From positions 258,044,001 through 258,090,231 of the forward strand of contig NC_067403.1 in assembly GCF_016432865.1 (NCBI RefSeq): a stretch of 46,231 bases of DNA, given 5' to 3'. Position numbers and translations under genes: made by a program. The notes beneath the pieces were generated by a model. It made no database searches. It saw nothing but the letters and a program-made list of their open reading frames with translations, and had not been told where the DNA came from. This document shows, in pieces, positions 23,501-37,070 of the stretch. The DNA is from Antechinus flavipes (lineage: Eukaryota). The first letter of the stretch is position 1. Each line of letters opens with the position of its first letter.

Positions 23501-24679
23501 GCGCTGTCCCTTCGGGAGCAGCCCTGGGCGCTGGGGGGGATGGGGCCCTGCAGCAGGGCCATTGTTGACTTGTCCTGCTTGGGGTCCCTCACTGAGGTCA
23601 GCACCGCCGGGGGCAGGTCAAAGCTCCCGAGCCTGTTCCCCGGGCCCTTCCGGTCTGGACGAGGTGGGGAAAGAGTCTTCAAACAACCACTAGAGGTTTC
23701 CCTTTTGTTCAGATTTTTCTCACATAATTCATATATCATTCAATATAATCACTAGAAAATGTTATTTTTTAATAAAAACGAATGAACATATGGAACCAGG
23801 ACAAAGATAAAAAATATAAATAAACCCAAACCACAAGAACAACAGAGGTGTAGCCTAGAGAAGACTTTTTCAAAGTTAGTTTTCTAGGTAGAATTTAATG
23901 GGGAAGGAAGAAAAAGCAGGTTGGAAGAGAGAACACACCATTTTGCTATATTGTCTTTAAAACGTAGTAAGAAACACAGCAAAGATTCTAGACAGGAGAC
24001 CTAAAAGCAGATGGGGGAGAAGAGAATAAAGAAATCTTTCAGATGATCACAGTAGTCCCCGAGGAGAAGGAGGGAAAGGAAAGAGTCACAAAGATCCTGG
24101 TGGGGACAAAACCGCCTACCTGTGGTGTTTCCCTTCTCACCCAATGCACTTTCCACAAAGGACAAGCCTTTTGGGTGGGGGGTCTCTGAGGGCTCTGAAA
24201 TGCTGAATGTTACAACTGAGACCCCTTCTTTGCTTTTGGAGGAAGACAATCAAAGAGAAAACAACTCGGTAGAATATCACCAACGTCAGCACATTTGTTC
24301 ACAGGAATGACTGGACGGTGGAAAAGAATACACAAAAACATTCAATCTGGGGTTGGAAGTGCTGGGGAAAACAGGCTGGTGGCTGTGCCTGGGGCGCGGC
24401 TGCGCACTTGTGTGGCCATCCTGGAAAGCAACCTGGAGTTTGACCTTCAAAGTTAGGAACTGATAGCCTTTGACCCAGCAACAACTGCCAGGGCTGTAAC
24501 CCAGAGGGATTAAAGAAAGAAAGATCAATGAAAGGGCTTTTTTTGACATGGCAAAAAAAAACTAAGGAGATTACAGTCAGGGGCCGAGCAAATGATGGTA
24601 TATGATGAAATGAGCCGCCCACTACTAGCCAGGGAGTGCTTGTTGAGACTTTAAAAATGTGGCCGTTGGAAGAATGTTT

Positions 24680-25165
24680 TGCTTGGTTATAGAGGCCTTG
24701 TTTTTCTTGCTTTCTCAAGGTATGCGGTGCAGAGGAGGAGAGATGAGACAGGGAGAAAATGCGAGCCTGAGAGTAAAACAATTTTAAAAATGGCATAAAC
24801 TCTATGGAATATTATTGTGAGAAATGCTGTAAAGATTGATTTCTGAGAAACCTGGCAATACTCGGCTCCATTAACGCTAAATGAAATGAGCAGAACCAGG
24901 AGCGTGACACAACATCGTAAAGACAAACGACAGTGAAAGACAAGGACTCTGGTCAGCACATGGCCAACCACCATTCTCTCCCTGATGACAGAAGGGATGG
25001 ATTGACCTGGTTTTGGACGCGGCCAATATGAGAATTTGTTTCCGCTTGCGTATTTGTTACAAGGATGTCCTTCCCCCAGTGGGAGTGGGGTGGTTTGGTT
25101 GGTTGGTAGGAAGGAGGGGAAAAAAAAGAATTGAGAATTGGAAAAAAATAAAGTCTTAATTCTGC
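24680..25165 (+). mobile_element. Old L1 3' end
   Basis: atggaatattattgtgagaaatg...aaatgagcagaaccagg; ends aaataaagtc. Confidence 0.8.
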
Positions 25166-25199
25166 AACTTATTATGTGATTGTGGACAAATTGTCTCGT

Positions 25200-25680
25200 C
25201 GTTTTGTCAGCCCCTCTCTCCCTCTGTGGTTCCAGGATCAAATCCAAAATGCTCCACTGGGACTTCAAAGCTCTTTATAACCTGGGTTCCTCCTCTCTTT
25301 CCAGCCTTCTTAAACCTTCCTCAACACATATTCTTCAGTCCAGTCGCACTGACCTGGTTGTTCCATGAAAAAGGCCCTCCACCTCAGCTGCTGGGGTTTT
25401 CTCTGACCTTGTCCCATACCTATTTTCTTCCTCTATCAGCTGACCTCACTGGCTTCTCAACTACAATCCCACCTCCTACAGGCAGCCTTCCCCGAGCCCT
25501 CACAATTCCAGTGTCTTTTCTTTGCTAGTCGCATCCTATTTATCCTGATTATAGCTTGTGTGTGTATATTTGTCTGCCTGTAGTCTTTCTATCATTAGAG
25601 TAGGGACTGTCTTTTGTCTCCTGTTGATCCCCAGTACTTGGCAAAGTGCTGACACATAGTAGATAATTAACATTTATTGA
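25200..25680 (+). mobile_element. L2 3' region, followed by a MIR fragment
   Basis: ccaggatcaaatccaaaatgctc...ttcaaagctctttataacctgg and tail cacatagtagataattaacatttattga. Confidence 0.75.
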
Positions 25681-26507
25681 AGGTCCTGTAAAATGACAAT
25701 ATTTGTCTTTGATAAAGCTACTATGAGGGTCAAATGGGATAAGGGATGTAAAGTGCTTTGTGCTGTCAATTATTAATAGTATCATTCTAATACTCTGTTT
25801 TATGTTATACTTTTTGAGATTTCTAGTTTATGGGCCTAGGGGAACCATCCTAGAACTTAAGTCAGAGACTGAACCTCTTGGGAGTCTAGTCCTGAAAATC
25901 AATCTAATTGCCATGTAAATCGAGGTGGAGGTGGACAGTGCTAGGAGCCTGCAAGAGAGAGGAAAGGGGAGGGTGTGGGGGCAGAAGAACTCGATTAGGT
26001 CCCAGCTCTTCTGCTCACTCCTTAGGGGCCTTCGGGCAGGTCAGTGATCTCTCTGTGCCTCATTTTCTAGACTAGGGGAAAAAATGGGCCAGGTGATTTC
26101 TTAAAGTCCAGTCATCTCAGTCCTGGGAAGGAAGAAAGCGTGCCCTTCTGTGGTAGCTGCTCTGTGCCAGTCGTGTTAAGAGGTTTGCAAACGTGATTTC
26201 ATCTTCACAGTAAGACAGGGGCTATAACCGTCCTCATTTTACAGATGAGGAAACTGAGGTTGGGTGAAACTAAGTGACTTGACACAGCTAAAAACTAAGG
26301 TTCTTCTGACTCCAGACTCAGCATCGTGTGTTTACTTAAAAGGGTATTTTGTTTGTTTATGGTCCCATTTTGTAGCTTTCATTTCCGATTAATTTTGACC
26401 TTTAAATGCTTTGGCATTTAAGGAAGAGCAGTAGCTTTATAACTTTTATGAGTGAAAGATCACGGGGTCAGTGTTGGAAGGGATTTTGAGACCAGCTTAT
26501 ATGGGAA

Positions 26508-26650
26508 GAAGCAGCTAGGTGGTGTAGTGGATAGAGCGCCAGCCCTGAAGTCAGGAGGACCTGAGTTCAAATTTAACCTCAGACACTTAACACTTCCTAG
26601 CTGTGTGACTGGGCAAGTCTCTTACCCAGTTGCCTCAGTGGGGAAAAAAG
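26508..26650 (+). mobile_element. WSINE1-type tRNA-derived SINE
   Basis: gcagctaggtggtgtagtggatagagcgccagccctgaagtcaggaggacctgagttcaaat A/B boxes; A-rich end. Confidence 0.9.
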
Positions 26651-27289
26651 AAATAAGTGAGTGTCAAAACATGTTTAAAAACTTCCTTTTTGGTTTCTCT
26701 ATAAATATTAAGATGTGATATTTCTCTGTTCTTTAAAAAACCCTCCAAAATTCTTGGAAAAGCTCCTTGAAAAGGCTAGTGAGAGGTTGAAAAAAGAAAA
26801 ATGTCTTTAGGAAATAACATGACAAGTGATACCCAGTTTTTTAAATAAATAAACTCTTTACATCCTTACCTTTCCACCGACCAGGAACCAGTTGGAGCCT
26901 AAACCTACCCAGTCTTTTATCTTAAAAAGGCTATTGATCTCTTGCTCATAGTAGGTCTCTTTGTGTGAATTACTGTTGTTACTCAATTATTCCCAGATAG
27001 CATTAATCCCGACTGTATCGTGATCTCGTTACATATTGTGATCCAGACTCTTATAAATATTACCTGAAATTGGCACGAGGCAATCCAAGCTGGAAATGTT
27101 TGGATATTAGATAAATAATAATTAGATAAATAAATTGTTTCTGGCAGACTTGAGCCTAATAAAAAATGCAGAGTACAATATTAGAATTAATATTTTTCTT
27201 AACACCAGGCGTGATGTCAGCATCCTCTCTCAAAGGTCATTAACCCTTTGCTCAGTCTCCTCAGAGGGAAAACCGGCCTGCCATGCTGG

Positions 27290-27470
27290 CTTAGGGTGGC
27301 TCTGATCGTTAGGAAGTTTTTCCTTATGTGAAGTCTAAATTAACTTCTTCACAGTTTCTGCTCCTTGTTTCTAGGTCTGCTCTTTGGGGCGAAAAAGAAC
27401 GAGGGATTTATTTCTCTGCTATGTGGAAGCCTTTGAAGTAAGGTGATTGTATCTGCTCCACTCCCCATCC
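27290..27470 (-). mobile_element. L3/CR1 fragment
   Basis: gttaggaagtttttccttatgtgaagtctaaatt...ctctttggggcgaaaaagaac resembles antisense L3. Confidence 0.6.
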
Positions 27471-28643
27471 CCTACTCCACCCCACTTTATCCAAGTCAAA
27501 ATAATAATTAGCATGTAGATAACACTATAGGTTGCGTTGGCTTTATATGTTATCTCATTTGATCTTCATGACCTTTTACAAATGAGGAAACCGAGGCAGG
27601 CAGCTGTGAATTGACTTTCCCCATGTCACACAACTGGGAAGGGGCTGAAGCAGGATTTGAACTGAGCTCTTCCGGCCTCCACACTCCACTACCAGCTAGC
27701 CACCTTTCAAAATCTCCTTGACCTTCAACCCTCAGGGTATCCTGGTTGTCTTCCTTGGCACATTCTCCAGCCTTTCTATAAAAGCTGACATTTATCTGTT
27801 CATCAGAGCCCTTCTTAACTTAATGGAGTACCCAGAACTCAGATAACATCGCCTTCCTAGATCCGAGCGCTGCCTCGGAACAGTGACTCACCAGGATCAT
27901 CTGGTCTTTTTCTCTCATCTCGCTGACTGGTAACTTGTAGCTCCCTCCTCCAGCGGGACAAGTTGCTCTCAGCCTCCCCCAGCGGGTCCCGGTGGAGCAG
28001 GTGCTTCTGAACCAGGGAGATAAAGGGAACCTTTACCTCCATTAAACTTTGCCTTAGCAGATTTAGGTCAGGATGCATTAGAATCCTGACTTTCATCCAC
28101 TGCATTGGGTATTAACCCATCTCTGGGCATCAAGCTTAATCTGTCCCTTGATCCACTAAACTATTGAGTATACAAGGCTAACCCTGGGAGCTTGGAGCTT
28201 CACACTAGTCCTGGTTTAGCCCACAAATAATCTCCTCCAGAAGAATAGGCCAGTCTTGATGGATGGATTAGTCCAACCAGTAATTGAAGAGCTTTCTCTA
28301 GGAGGATGGGAACATTTGGGAAGCAGGGAAGGACTTTAAATAAGTTGGAGAACCACGTGTCAAGAATGGTCTCAAGGGATTCTTGTTGGATCCTTCCAAG
28401 TCCGTTACAGCTTTGGGATCCTGTGGATGTCTACACCTGCCTAGGAGTCTTTTATCCTAAAAACAACAAAACCTCTGTCACTTGACCCAGGCATCCATTC
28501 CCTTAAGCAACAGGCTGTACCTTCTCTCTCACTGAGGCTCTAGAAAAGAGCTCCAGGTCCTCACACCTCTCTTAATTGCTTTAACACTTTCTGCCATAAG
28601 GAAGCCCCTCTCTCTGGGCCTCCCCCTGCTGTACTTTGCTCAG

Positions 28644-29336
28644 CTTTTTTTTAAAAATATATTTTTTATTTTTTTTATAACTTTTTATTGATAGAACATA
28701 CGCCAGGGTAATTTTTTACAGCATTATCCCTTGTACTCATTTCTGTTCTGAATTTTCCTTTCCCTCCTTCCACCCCCTCCCCTAGATGGCAGGCAATCTT
28801 GTACATATTAAATATGTTATAATATATTCTATATACAATATATGTGTGCAGAACCAAACAGTTCTTTTGTTGCACAGGAAGAATTGGATTCAGAAGGTAA
28901 AAATAACCTGGGAAGAAAAAAAAGCAAGTAGTCCACATTCATCTCCCAGTGTTCCTTCTCTGGGTGTAGCTGCTTCTGTCCATCACGGATCAATTGGAAC
29001 TGAATTAGATCTTCCTATTGTCGAAGAAATCCACTTCCATCAGAATAAATCCTCATACAGTATCGTTGAAGTGTATAATGATCTCTTGGTCCTGCTCATT
29101 TCACTCAGCATCTGTTCATGTCAGGCTCTCCAGGCCTTTCTGAAATCATCCTGTTGGTCTTTTCTTATCGAACAATAAAATTCCATAACATTCATATACC
29201 ACAATTTACCCAGCCATTCTCCCATGGATGGGCATCCATTCAATTTCCAGTTTCTAGCCACTACAAACAGGGCTGCCACAAACATTTTGGCACATACAGG
29301 TCCCTTTCCCTTCTTCAGTATCTCTTTGGGATATAA
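28644..29336 (-). mobile_element. Young 5'-truncated L1 with TSD
   Basis: Same 3' UTR as the 3204-5741 element; TSD actttgctcag at 28633-28643 and 29337-29347; KGKGPVCAKMFVAALFVVARNW in ORF 29121-29369. Confidence 0.95.
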
Positions 29337-29499
29337 ACTTTGCTCAGTTTTTGACCCTGCTAGCCACACATTCTCTTTTCTCCTCTGACTTTTGTGACTC
29401 TTGGTTCTCTTCCCATTTCTCTTAATTGTCCCTTTTCTGTCATTTTTACTGGATTATGATCCAGATCATCCCCCCTTCATGTGTCAGTTTCCCCCAAGA

Positions 29500-30660
29500 A
29501 TTTGCTCCTTTTGGGGGATTTGTCTCACCAGATCTTCTGAGTTGTTGTTATTTTTATGCAGATGACTCCCAGAGCTCAATCTCCATATCCAACCCTAGCC
29601 TTTCTGGAGTGCTAGTGTCTGGGGAATTGTCAATGTAATGCCAGATAACTCCTGGATGTGCCACAGACATCTCTAACTCAACATGTCCACAGTAAGCCTG
29701 TCCCTTCTCCACACCAATTTATTTTTATATACTAATAGCTTTTTATTTTCCAAAATACTTGCAAAGATAGTTTTCAACATTCACCCTTGGAAAACCTTGT
29801 GTCCAAATTTTTCTCCTTCCCTCCCCAGCTCCCCTCTCCTCTCTAGACAATCCAATATAGATTAAACATGTACAATTCTTCTCTACATAATTTCACATTT
29901 ATCATGCTGCCCAAGAAAAATCACATAAAAAGGGAAAAAATGAGAAAGAAAAATACAAGCAAGCAACAACAACAAAAAAGCTGAAAATACTATGTTATGA
30001 TCCACCCAGGCCTCTCTCTGGGTGCAGATGGCTCTCTTCATCACAAGATCATTGGAACTGGCCTGAATCATCTCATTGGAAGAGAGCCACGTCCCTCAGA
30101 ACTGATCATCACATAATCTTGATGCCGTATATAATGATCTCCTGGTTCTGCTCACTTCACTCAGCCTCAGTTCCTCTAAGTCTCTCCAAGCTTCTCTGAA
30201 ATCCTCCTGCTGCTCGTTTCTTACAGAATTATAATATTCCATAATATTCATATCCCATAACTTATTCAGCCATTCCCCAGCTGATCGGCAGCCGCTCAGT
30301 GTCCTGTTCCTGGCTACTACAAAAAGGGCTGCCACAAACATTTTTGGACCTTTCCCCTTTTTTAAGATCTCTTTGGGATACAGGCCCAGTAATGACAGCA
30401 CTGGATCAAAGGGATGCATAGTTTAATATCCCCTCAACATTTATCATGATTTTTTCCTGTCAGATTCCTAACTTTGAATTCATCCTTGACTACTTTCTTC
30501 CTCGACTTCATGATATCTCTCCTCCCCTCTGTGCACTTATCCTGCTTCAGGTTTCCTCTGTCGAAACATTCTCCCAGTTGACTTCTAGCCTTTCCCCTTT
30601 TATAACTCACACAGCTATCAAAATAACTTCCCTGAGATCCATGTCTGTAAACCACTCCCA
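29500..30660. mobile_element. L2 (+; FYADDSQ RT motif) interrupted by an L1 3' end (-; about 29715-30420)
   Basis: ORF 29426-29638 contains YFYADDSQ; ORF 30096-30419 is the L1 ORF2 C-terminus; L2-like sequence resumes after 30420. Confidence 0.8.
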
Positions 30661-31319
30661 GTGCATCTACAGTAAAATACAGATTCCTAGAGAAAGCAGC
30701 CTGGTATTCTAGACTTGAGGATCTGAGTTCAAATCCCCTTGTTTCAGGTTCTGGCACAAAACATCTCCTTGTAAGGTCAGATACTTCCTAGGTATGTGAT
30801 CCTCTTGGGCAAGTTATCTATCTAACTGTTCTGGATTTCGCTTATCTTGCTCCCCCTGCCTCTCTAGACTTATCTCAGTCTCTGTTATGTTATCTCAGCT
30901 GGACCCAACCTGCAGCAAGGCAGTGTTTTCCCATGTTCCTAATGGATTCACCCTCCTACTCACCAGCTCAGCATTTCTAACCTTGCCATTCCTCCTTAAA
31001 GCTCTTTCTGCTCCAGCTCTCCCAGCTGAGAACTTGCCTCAACCTTCACAAACAATTGAAGACGCGGAGAGCTTCCTCTTCTCTTCCTCTTCATCTCACA
31101 TGTTCTTCGCTATATAATTTACCTCCCTCCTCATCCTTGTGAGGAGCCAGGCAGGGAATAGCTGCATCTGCTTCTAGGAGTGGGCCGCCTACTCTTATTA
31201 TTTTTTTAAATTGTATTTTTTTCCCCTCAAATATATGTCAAGACAATTCTTAGCATTTTAAACAAGATTTTGAATTCCAAATTTTCTACCTCCATCTCTC
31301 CCCTCCTCCAGCCTATTCT

Positions 31320-31680
31320 CAAATGCAACTTTTTCCTCTTCCTCTCTTTTCTTCTCTTTCAGCTCTTTTTTCTTTTTTCCTCCTCCTCCTGTTAGTTCCC
31401 CTTTTTTTCCTTCCCTCTCTCATTACTTTTCCCATTTCCCTTCTCATCCTTTCCTTCTCCTTTCCCTTTCTCCTGTACCTTTTCCTTTTCTCTCTCCCCT
31501 CCTACTTCTCTTTTTTATTTTCTTTCTATTCCTCTCCTATTTTGCTACTTCTTCCTCTTCTACTACTTCTACTTCTCTTCCTCTTTTGTTCTCCTCTTCT
31601 TTCTCCCTTTTTCCTCATTCTTTTCTTCCTCTTTTTCCTTTGTATTCTCATCATTTTCCTTTTCCTTCTAAACTTGATAT
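31320..31680. repeat. Pyrimidine-rich (TC) low-complexity tract
   Basis: Almost all C/T; it explains spurious ORFs 31323-31845. Confidence 0.9.
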
Positions 31681-31950
31681 TTCCCGTAGGAAAAAAAAAA
31701 TCAAATCCCATGTGACTAAATCGCTAAAAAAAAAAAAAAAAAATTCCACACTTGAACAATTTGCATTTTGAATAAATAGAAAAACTAATATTACTATAAA
31801 TACATTTTCAACTAAGCAAAACCCAAAAGAATCTACTTGCTTCACACCTTCTTCTGAACCTGTCTGTACACTTAGGAAGGTCTGATGCCTTGTTTCTTTT
31901 TTTTTCCCAGATAAGATTTTGCAGTTATTATTGGTCTGCTCTCACTCTAC

Positions 31951-32133
31951 CAGGGGTCCTCAAAGTATGGCCAGATGCGGCAGTTGAGGATGATTATCCC
32001 CCTCACCCAGGGCTATGAAGTTTCTTTATTTAAAGGCCCACAAAACAAAGTTTTTGTTTTTACTATAGTCCCCCCTCCAGCAGTCTGAGGGATAGTGAGC
32101 TGGCCCCCTATTTAAAAAATTTGAGGACCCCTG
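31951..32133. mobile_element. Non-autonomous hAT (OposCharlie1/OC1-type) MITE
   Basis: Perfect 14-bp TIRs caggggtcctcaaa (31951-31964) and tttgaggacccctg (32120-32133); 183 bp long. No clean 8-bp TSD. Confidence 0.9.
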
Positions 32134-32277
32134 AGTCATCTACACCATACACTATATCTTTCTTATGTTTTCTTATATTTCATTTAACTCAACACATTTC
32201 AACCACATGTTATATTCTGGCCACTGTAGGGGTTGTAGGTGCAGAGATAAAAAACCAAAGAGAATTTATCGTCTGAT

Positions 32278-32656
32278 TGTAATATTCTCTCTAAAATGTA
32301 ATATTCTCTTGTTGGGGTTTTCTTGGGGTCTCTGGAGGCAGCCTTCCTTTCGGTTCAGGAATCACCCCAAAAGCAGCCAGGTGTTAAAGTCCAAATCCTT
32401 TATTGCCTCTTTCCAAGTTTGTCTCTTTTCCCAAGTTTCCCAAGTTTTCTCTTTTCTTCTGAATCTCCCCAGCTGAATCCTGGTTGAGGCTCCTAGCTTA
32501 TATATGGTCTCTTCTCAAAGATGTGAATCTTGTAGAACTATAGTAAGTACTAAGTACATGCACTGAACTAGAGAAGTATTAAGCACCAGCTAAATAACCA
32601 TTGTCTCTATCAATTCCACTAACTTAGCACTTTGTTTCAAGTTCTGGCCCATAACA
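32278..32656 (-). mobile_element. Solo LTR related to the 9349-10145 LTR
   Basis: TG...CA ends. The reverse complement contains acaaagtgctaagttagtggaattgata...ttctctagttcagtg, atagttctacaaga, a TATA and caataaag. Confidence 0.85.
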
Positions 32657-32669
32657 CCCAGTGACTTCT

Positions 32670-33050
32670 ATTGCATTACTTGCCTTCTAGGGGAGGGAAT
32701 GGGAGAAAAGGGAGGGAAAAACTTTTGTAACACAAGGTTTGGAAGGGTGAATGTTTAAAATGATCTATGCATGTGTTTTGAAAGTAAAAAAAAATTGATA
32801 AAAATATATAGGTTAAACATGTGTAATTCTCCTATACATATGTCCACAATGACCATACTGCACAAAAAAAATCAGATCAAAGAGGAAAAAATGAGAAAGA
32901 AAACAAAGTGCAAGTAAACAACCACAAAAGGAGTAAAAATACCTAGTTGTGATCCACACTTGAATCCCACAGTCTCTCTCCGGTGGGGATGGCTTTCTAC
33001 ATCACATATTGAAACTGGCCTGAATCACCTCAAAGCTGAAAAGAGCAGAC
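32670..33050. mobile_element. Two abutting L1 3'-end fragments in opposite orientation
   Basis: + strand tail ending aagtaaaaaaaaa at about 32790, then - strand 3' UTR (aaaatcagatcaaagagg...). Confidence 0.7.
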
Positions 33051-33849
33051 GGCAGAATTTGATCCACCCTTTTTCAAACAGGACTTTGACTCCTGCCAGG
33101 AGGTGAGCAGGAGCACATGAAGCTGACTCTGCTCTCTTCAGAGGTGGAGTACTGGACAGAATTATGTTCCTCTGCCACCCTAAATATGATTAATCTAGGG
33201 GAAATAAATTTTAGGTTCAAGATACGCTTCTCCTCCTCCCTTAGGATGCTTAAGATAAATTGAAAGGTTCCCACTTCTTTCTCACTAAATGCCAGTTGCA
33301 TTACTCACAGTGATTAACAAATAAACCCACTTGTCCAAGCTGATGATAAAATCAGGAACGTCATATAGAGCAGAATATATCAGACAATAAACAGATGAAT
33401 GAATTCATCCATTGGGAACAAAAGAGAGAGAAACAGGTCCTGATCTCACCCAAGAGGTGTTGGAATGGAGACCAGCAAACCCCTCAAAGATTAAAGTTAA
33501 AAGATCGGGGTCTTTCCTCTTCCAGGCTCTCACCAGCTCAGATCCTCGTTGGGGCATGAATTATTAGCATGGAATAAAAGTTCTCTCCACCATTAAAGAG
33601 TCTTATAGAACCTCAGCTACATTCCCCAAAAAGTTGGGCTGGAGTCAGATTATGAAGAGATTTAAATGGAAAACAGCTGAGTTGGTCTTGAAGCTAAGCT
33701 TCCCTAGCTTCTTGAACTGAGAGGCGCTGGGTTCATGTGTGTTTAAGGAGGTAGGTTTGTGGTGGGCAGGAGAGAAATTGGGAACAAAGAACAATGGAGA
33801 GGTTCCTTCAGGAGTGAAGGGCCCTAGATGGGAGTTGCTCAGAAAAGAG

Positions 33850-34200
33850 AGGCGGAGAGGAGGGTTGTAGGCCTAGAAGTGGCAAGACCTGGTGTCTGCT
33901 TGGATGTGTGGAGGAAGGGAGATGGGGGAAGGATGGAACACATTAAGTTTGGGAACCTGAGTGGGAGGAAGGGGGGGAGGATTTGAACGGAGAAAGGAAA
34001 CGAGGGAAAAGTTAGAGGAAAGATTCCAGCTCTTCCTGGGTCATGTTGAGTTGGAGATGGCTCCAGGATGCAACAGGCAGGTGGAGAATCAGAAGGCTTG
34101 GAGGGCAGGAGAGAAGCAGGTCTGGGATTCTGTTCATCCCCGTGCATTTTCCAGTCCCATTGCTTTCTATTCCCAACTGCAAACCACATCTTGTTCAGCC
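33850..34200 (-). mobile_element. L2 fragment
   Basis: catgttgagttggagatgg...caggtggaga is antisense to L2 HLKLNMSK. Confidence 0.65.
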
Positions 34201-34249
34201 ATTCTCAATCTCTGGACACATGGCTAATTTTCACATTTAAAAAATTAAA

Positions 34250-35062
34250 AATAGAGGTATGAATGCTTTTTCCTTTGGTTCTTCCCCCCCTCCCCACCCC
34301 CGCCCCAGGAGTATTTTAGTTTTTCAGTTACAGGTAAAGATAATCTTCAACATTCATTTTTGTAAGATTTCGAGCTCCAAATTTTTTCTCCTGCTCTCCC
34401 TTACCTCTCCCCTTCTCTAGGACAGAAAATACTCCGATATAGGTTATATATGTACAATCATTTTAAACATTTCCATAATAGGCACATTGTGAAAGAAAAA
34501 GCAGAACAAAAGGGGAAAACCACAAGAAAGAAAAAGCTCCCAAAAGGTGAAAATTGTATGTTTCCATTGGCATCTAGTCTCCATGTTCTTTCTCTGACTG
34601 CGGAGGCCCTTTTCCATCCCAAGTCCACTGGAGTTGTCTTGGATCACGACATTACCTGGAAGTGCCATAGTTGATAGTTGATGAGTGCCCCATGTTGCTT
34701 TATTGTGCACGACGTTCTGGTTCTGCTCATTTCCCCAGCATCACTTCATGGAAGCCTTTCCTTTTTTTAAAAAAAAAACTTTTTAATTAATTAATTTATT
34801 TTTTATTTTTAAATAACTTTTTATTGATAGAACGCATGCCAGGGTAATTTTTTACAACATTATCCCTTGCACTCGCTTCTGTTCCGATTTTTCCCCTCCC
34901 TCCCTCCACCCTCTCCCCTAGATGGCAAGCAGTCCTTTACATGTTAAATAGGTGACAGTATATCCTAGATACAATATATGTTTGCAGAACCGAACAGTTC
35001 TCTTGTTGCACAGGGAGAATTGGATTCAGAAGGTAGAAATAACCCGGGAAGAAAAACAAAGA
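34250..35062 (-). mobile_element. Older L1 3' end (about 34250-34760) abutting a short young L1 3' end (about 34761-35062)
   Basis: The young part shares its 3' UTR with 3204-3570; the older part has gttctggttctgctcattt. No TSD found. Confidence 0.85.
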
Positions 35063-36834
35063 TGCAGATAGATGCAGAGCCCATAACTTCCTCAGCATTT
35101 CCCGGTTGGTGGATGTCACTCCTTTCCAAATGAAGGCTTTTTCTCCAGAGAGTTCCTTCATCTCCTTCCCTTCTCCCTTTCCATGAGATATTTTAGAGTC
35201 GAGTCTCAGCTATGGAAGGATGAAATCAATATGCCCAATAGCTGCCGGGACTCTCACCGTCCATGGCTTGATTGCTCTCCCAAAAGTACCATCGTTCTAC
35301 CGGCCAGATCTCAAGGTGTTTTCCAGCCCTCCTTCCCCCCCAAACTCGCTCAAATCTCCTTTGCCATTTTCCTCAGTTTGGAGGAAATTCGGGTGGAACC
35401 GCTGGGAGTAACTGGGCCTTCAGCACGGTCCTGGCACATCATTTTCTTGTTCGATCATTTTTCAGTCGAGTTCCGTGTGTAGTAGACACTTAATAAGTGC
35501 TTGTTGACAGAATGACCTAAAGTAACAATAGAACACTTGACTTTTTAGTCAGGACTTCCGTTTCAGGGGAAATTGTGAAAGGGGACATTTGTTTTCAGTC
35601 CCCCCCCCCCCCCCTCACTTGATTTATCTGACGCCCTGGCCGCCCCCCCCCCCTTCCTCCTCCTGGCCTGAATCTCTGCCATCTTTCTCCCTAGGAAAGG
35701 AGTTTTCAGGAAACTAGGTGACATCAGCCATTTATACTTCAGGGTGAAATTAAAGCAATATTTGTCTTCCTCAGGCTGTTGCACTGTCAGCGGTTATCCC
35801 CGTGGAAGGAAAGTTTCTTCCCTTAGAGACATTTTAGGCTCAGTGAAGTGGGGGGGGGTTGGAGTTGGGGAGGAGGAATCATGAGGTATTATGAGGAAAC
35901 TGGCTTTCTCGGAGGCCGGAGGGACGGTGGAAGGGGACCAGGTCTGAGTCTCCAGGAGACTGAGCCCCCAGAGAACTCACTTAAATAACCGGGCCTCAGT
36001 TTCCTGGAGAGCAAAATGAAGATAACAGAGCTCCCTCAGAGGGTGGCCATGGGAGTGTTTTGTAAACCTTGAAGTGATTGTTGTGTGGGGGGGGGGAGGG
36101 GGGCGTGTAGCTGGGTATCAAAGGAAGCAGTGATGGGTCAGTGATGGCAACGACCCTGGCAATCTCATCCCACTTCAGGCAGTCCCTGAACCAATCATGG
36201 GGGACTCTGCCCCTCAGTTTCCCCATCTGTTAAATGGGCCTAAAGCTACCTCTCAGGAGAGCTGAGGACTTAATAGATAATGGAGAGTCTCTCCCAGCAG
36301 GAATGCTGAGCCCACTGCTGGAGCTGCTCCCAGGAGGGTTCTCTCAGGAAATGCCTTATCTTCCGTCTCTTAATCGGGCCAGGAGTCTGCAGGGGGCCTT
36401 AAACCCTGGAGAGCAGGGGAGAGGGTGGGACTACCAAGCCCTTGGCCCACAGCAGCAGCCTCCGCCCAGCCCCATCTTTCCCCTTCTTCCTTTCCCCCTC
36501 CCCCAGGGGCACAGCCCCTCCTGTCAGTCAGTGGGCCCAAGCCAGTTGTCACCAGCTATTTACAAGCTCCAGGCCCCTCCCCTCGGGCAATCGGGACAGC
36601 TGCCCCCTTACCCCCCCCTCTGGCTCCCAGGTGTCAGGTCACTGAACAAACTGAGTGGAGGCAGGGAGCATGCAGAGCCACCCGAGCCCTGCTCCTGCCC
36701 AAGGTCGGTGTTTCTGGTTCCCAGGCTCCTCGGGCAGCCCAGCTAAGGCCTAGGGGGGTCCCAAACTTCGGAGACCTCAGGGGTTCTCCGGGTCCTCTCG
36801 TAGCCGAACGGGACTCCTCCCTCACTGGGTATAG

Positions 36835-37070
36835 TCAGAAAACATTTATGGAGCACCGACTGTATGCCAGGCCCTGTGCTAAGGGCTGGGGAGACAAAGG
36901 CAAAGGTCAGACAGTCCCTGTCCTCCTGAAGCTCCCCACAAACTCTAGAGGGGGATCCCTTGGGAATAATCCGAGGGAAGGCCAGGAGCAAGACTCCCCC
37001 TGGAAGTGGGGTTTGAGATGAATCCTGAAGGAGGGCTGAGGTGAGGAGGGACAGCCTCTAGGCATGGGGG
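36835..37070 (-). mobile_element. L2 3' end
   Basis: aacatttatggagcaccgactgtatgccaggccctgtgctaag. Confidence 0.8.

Noticed and set aside
34250-35062. Possible second 3' transduction (young L1 abutting an older L1 end)
   Set aside because: No bracketing TSD or distal poly(A) tail found.
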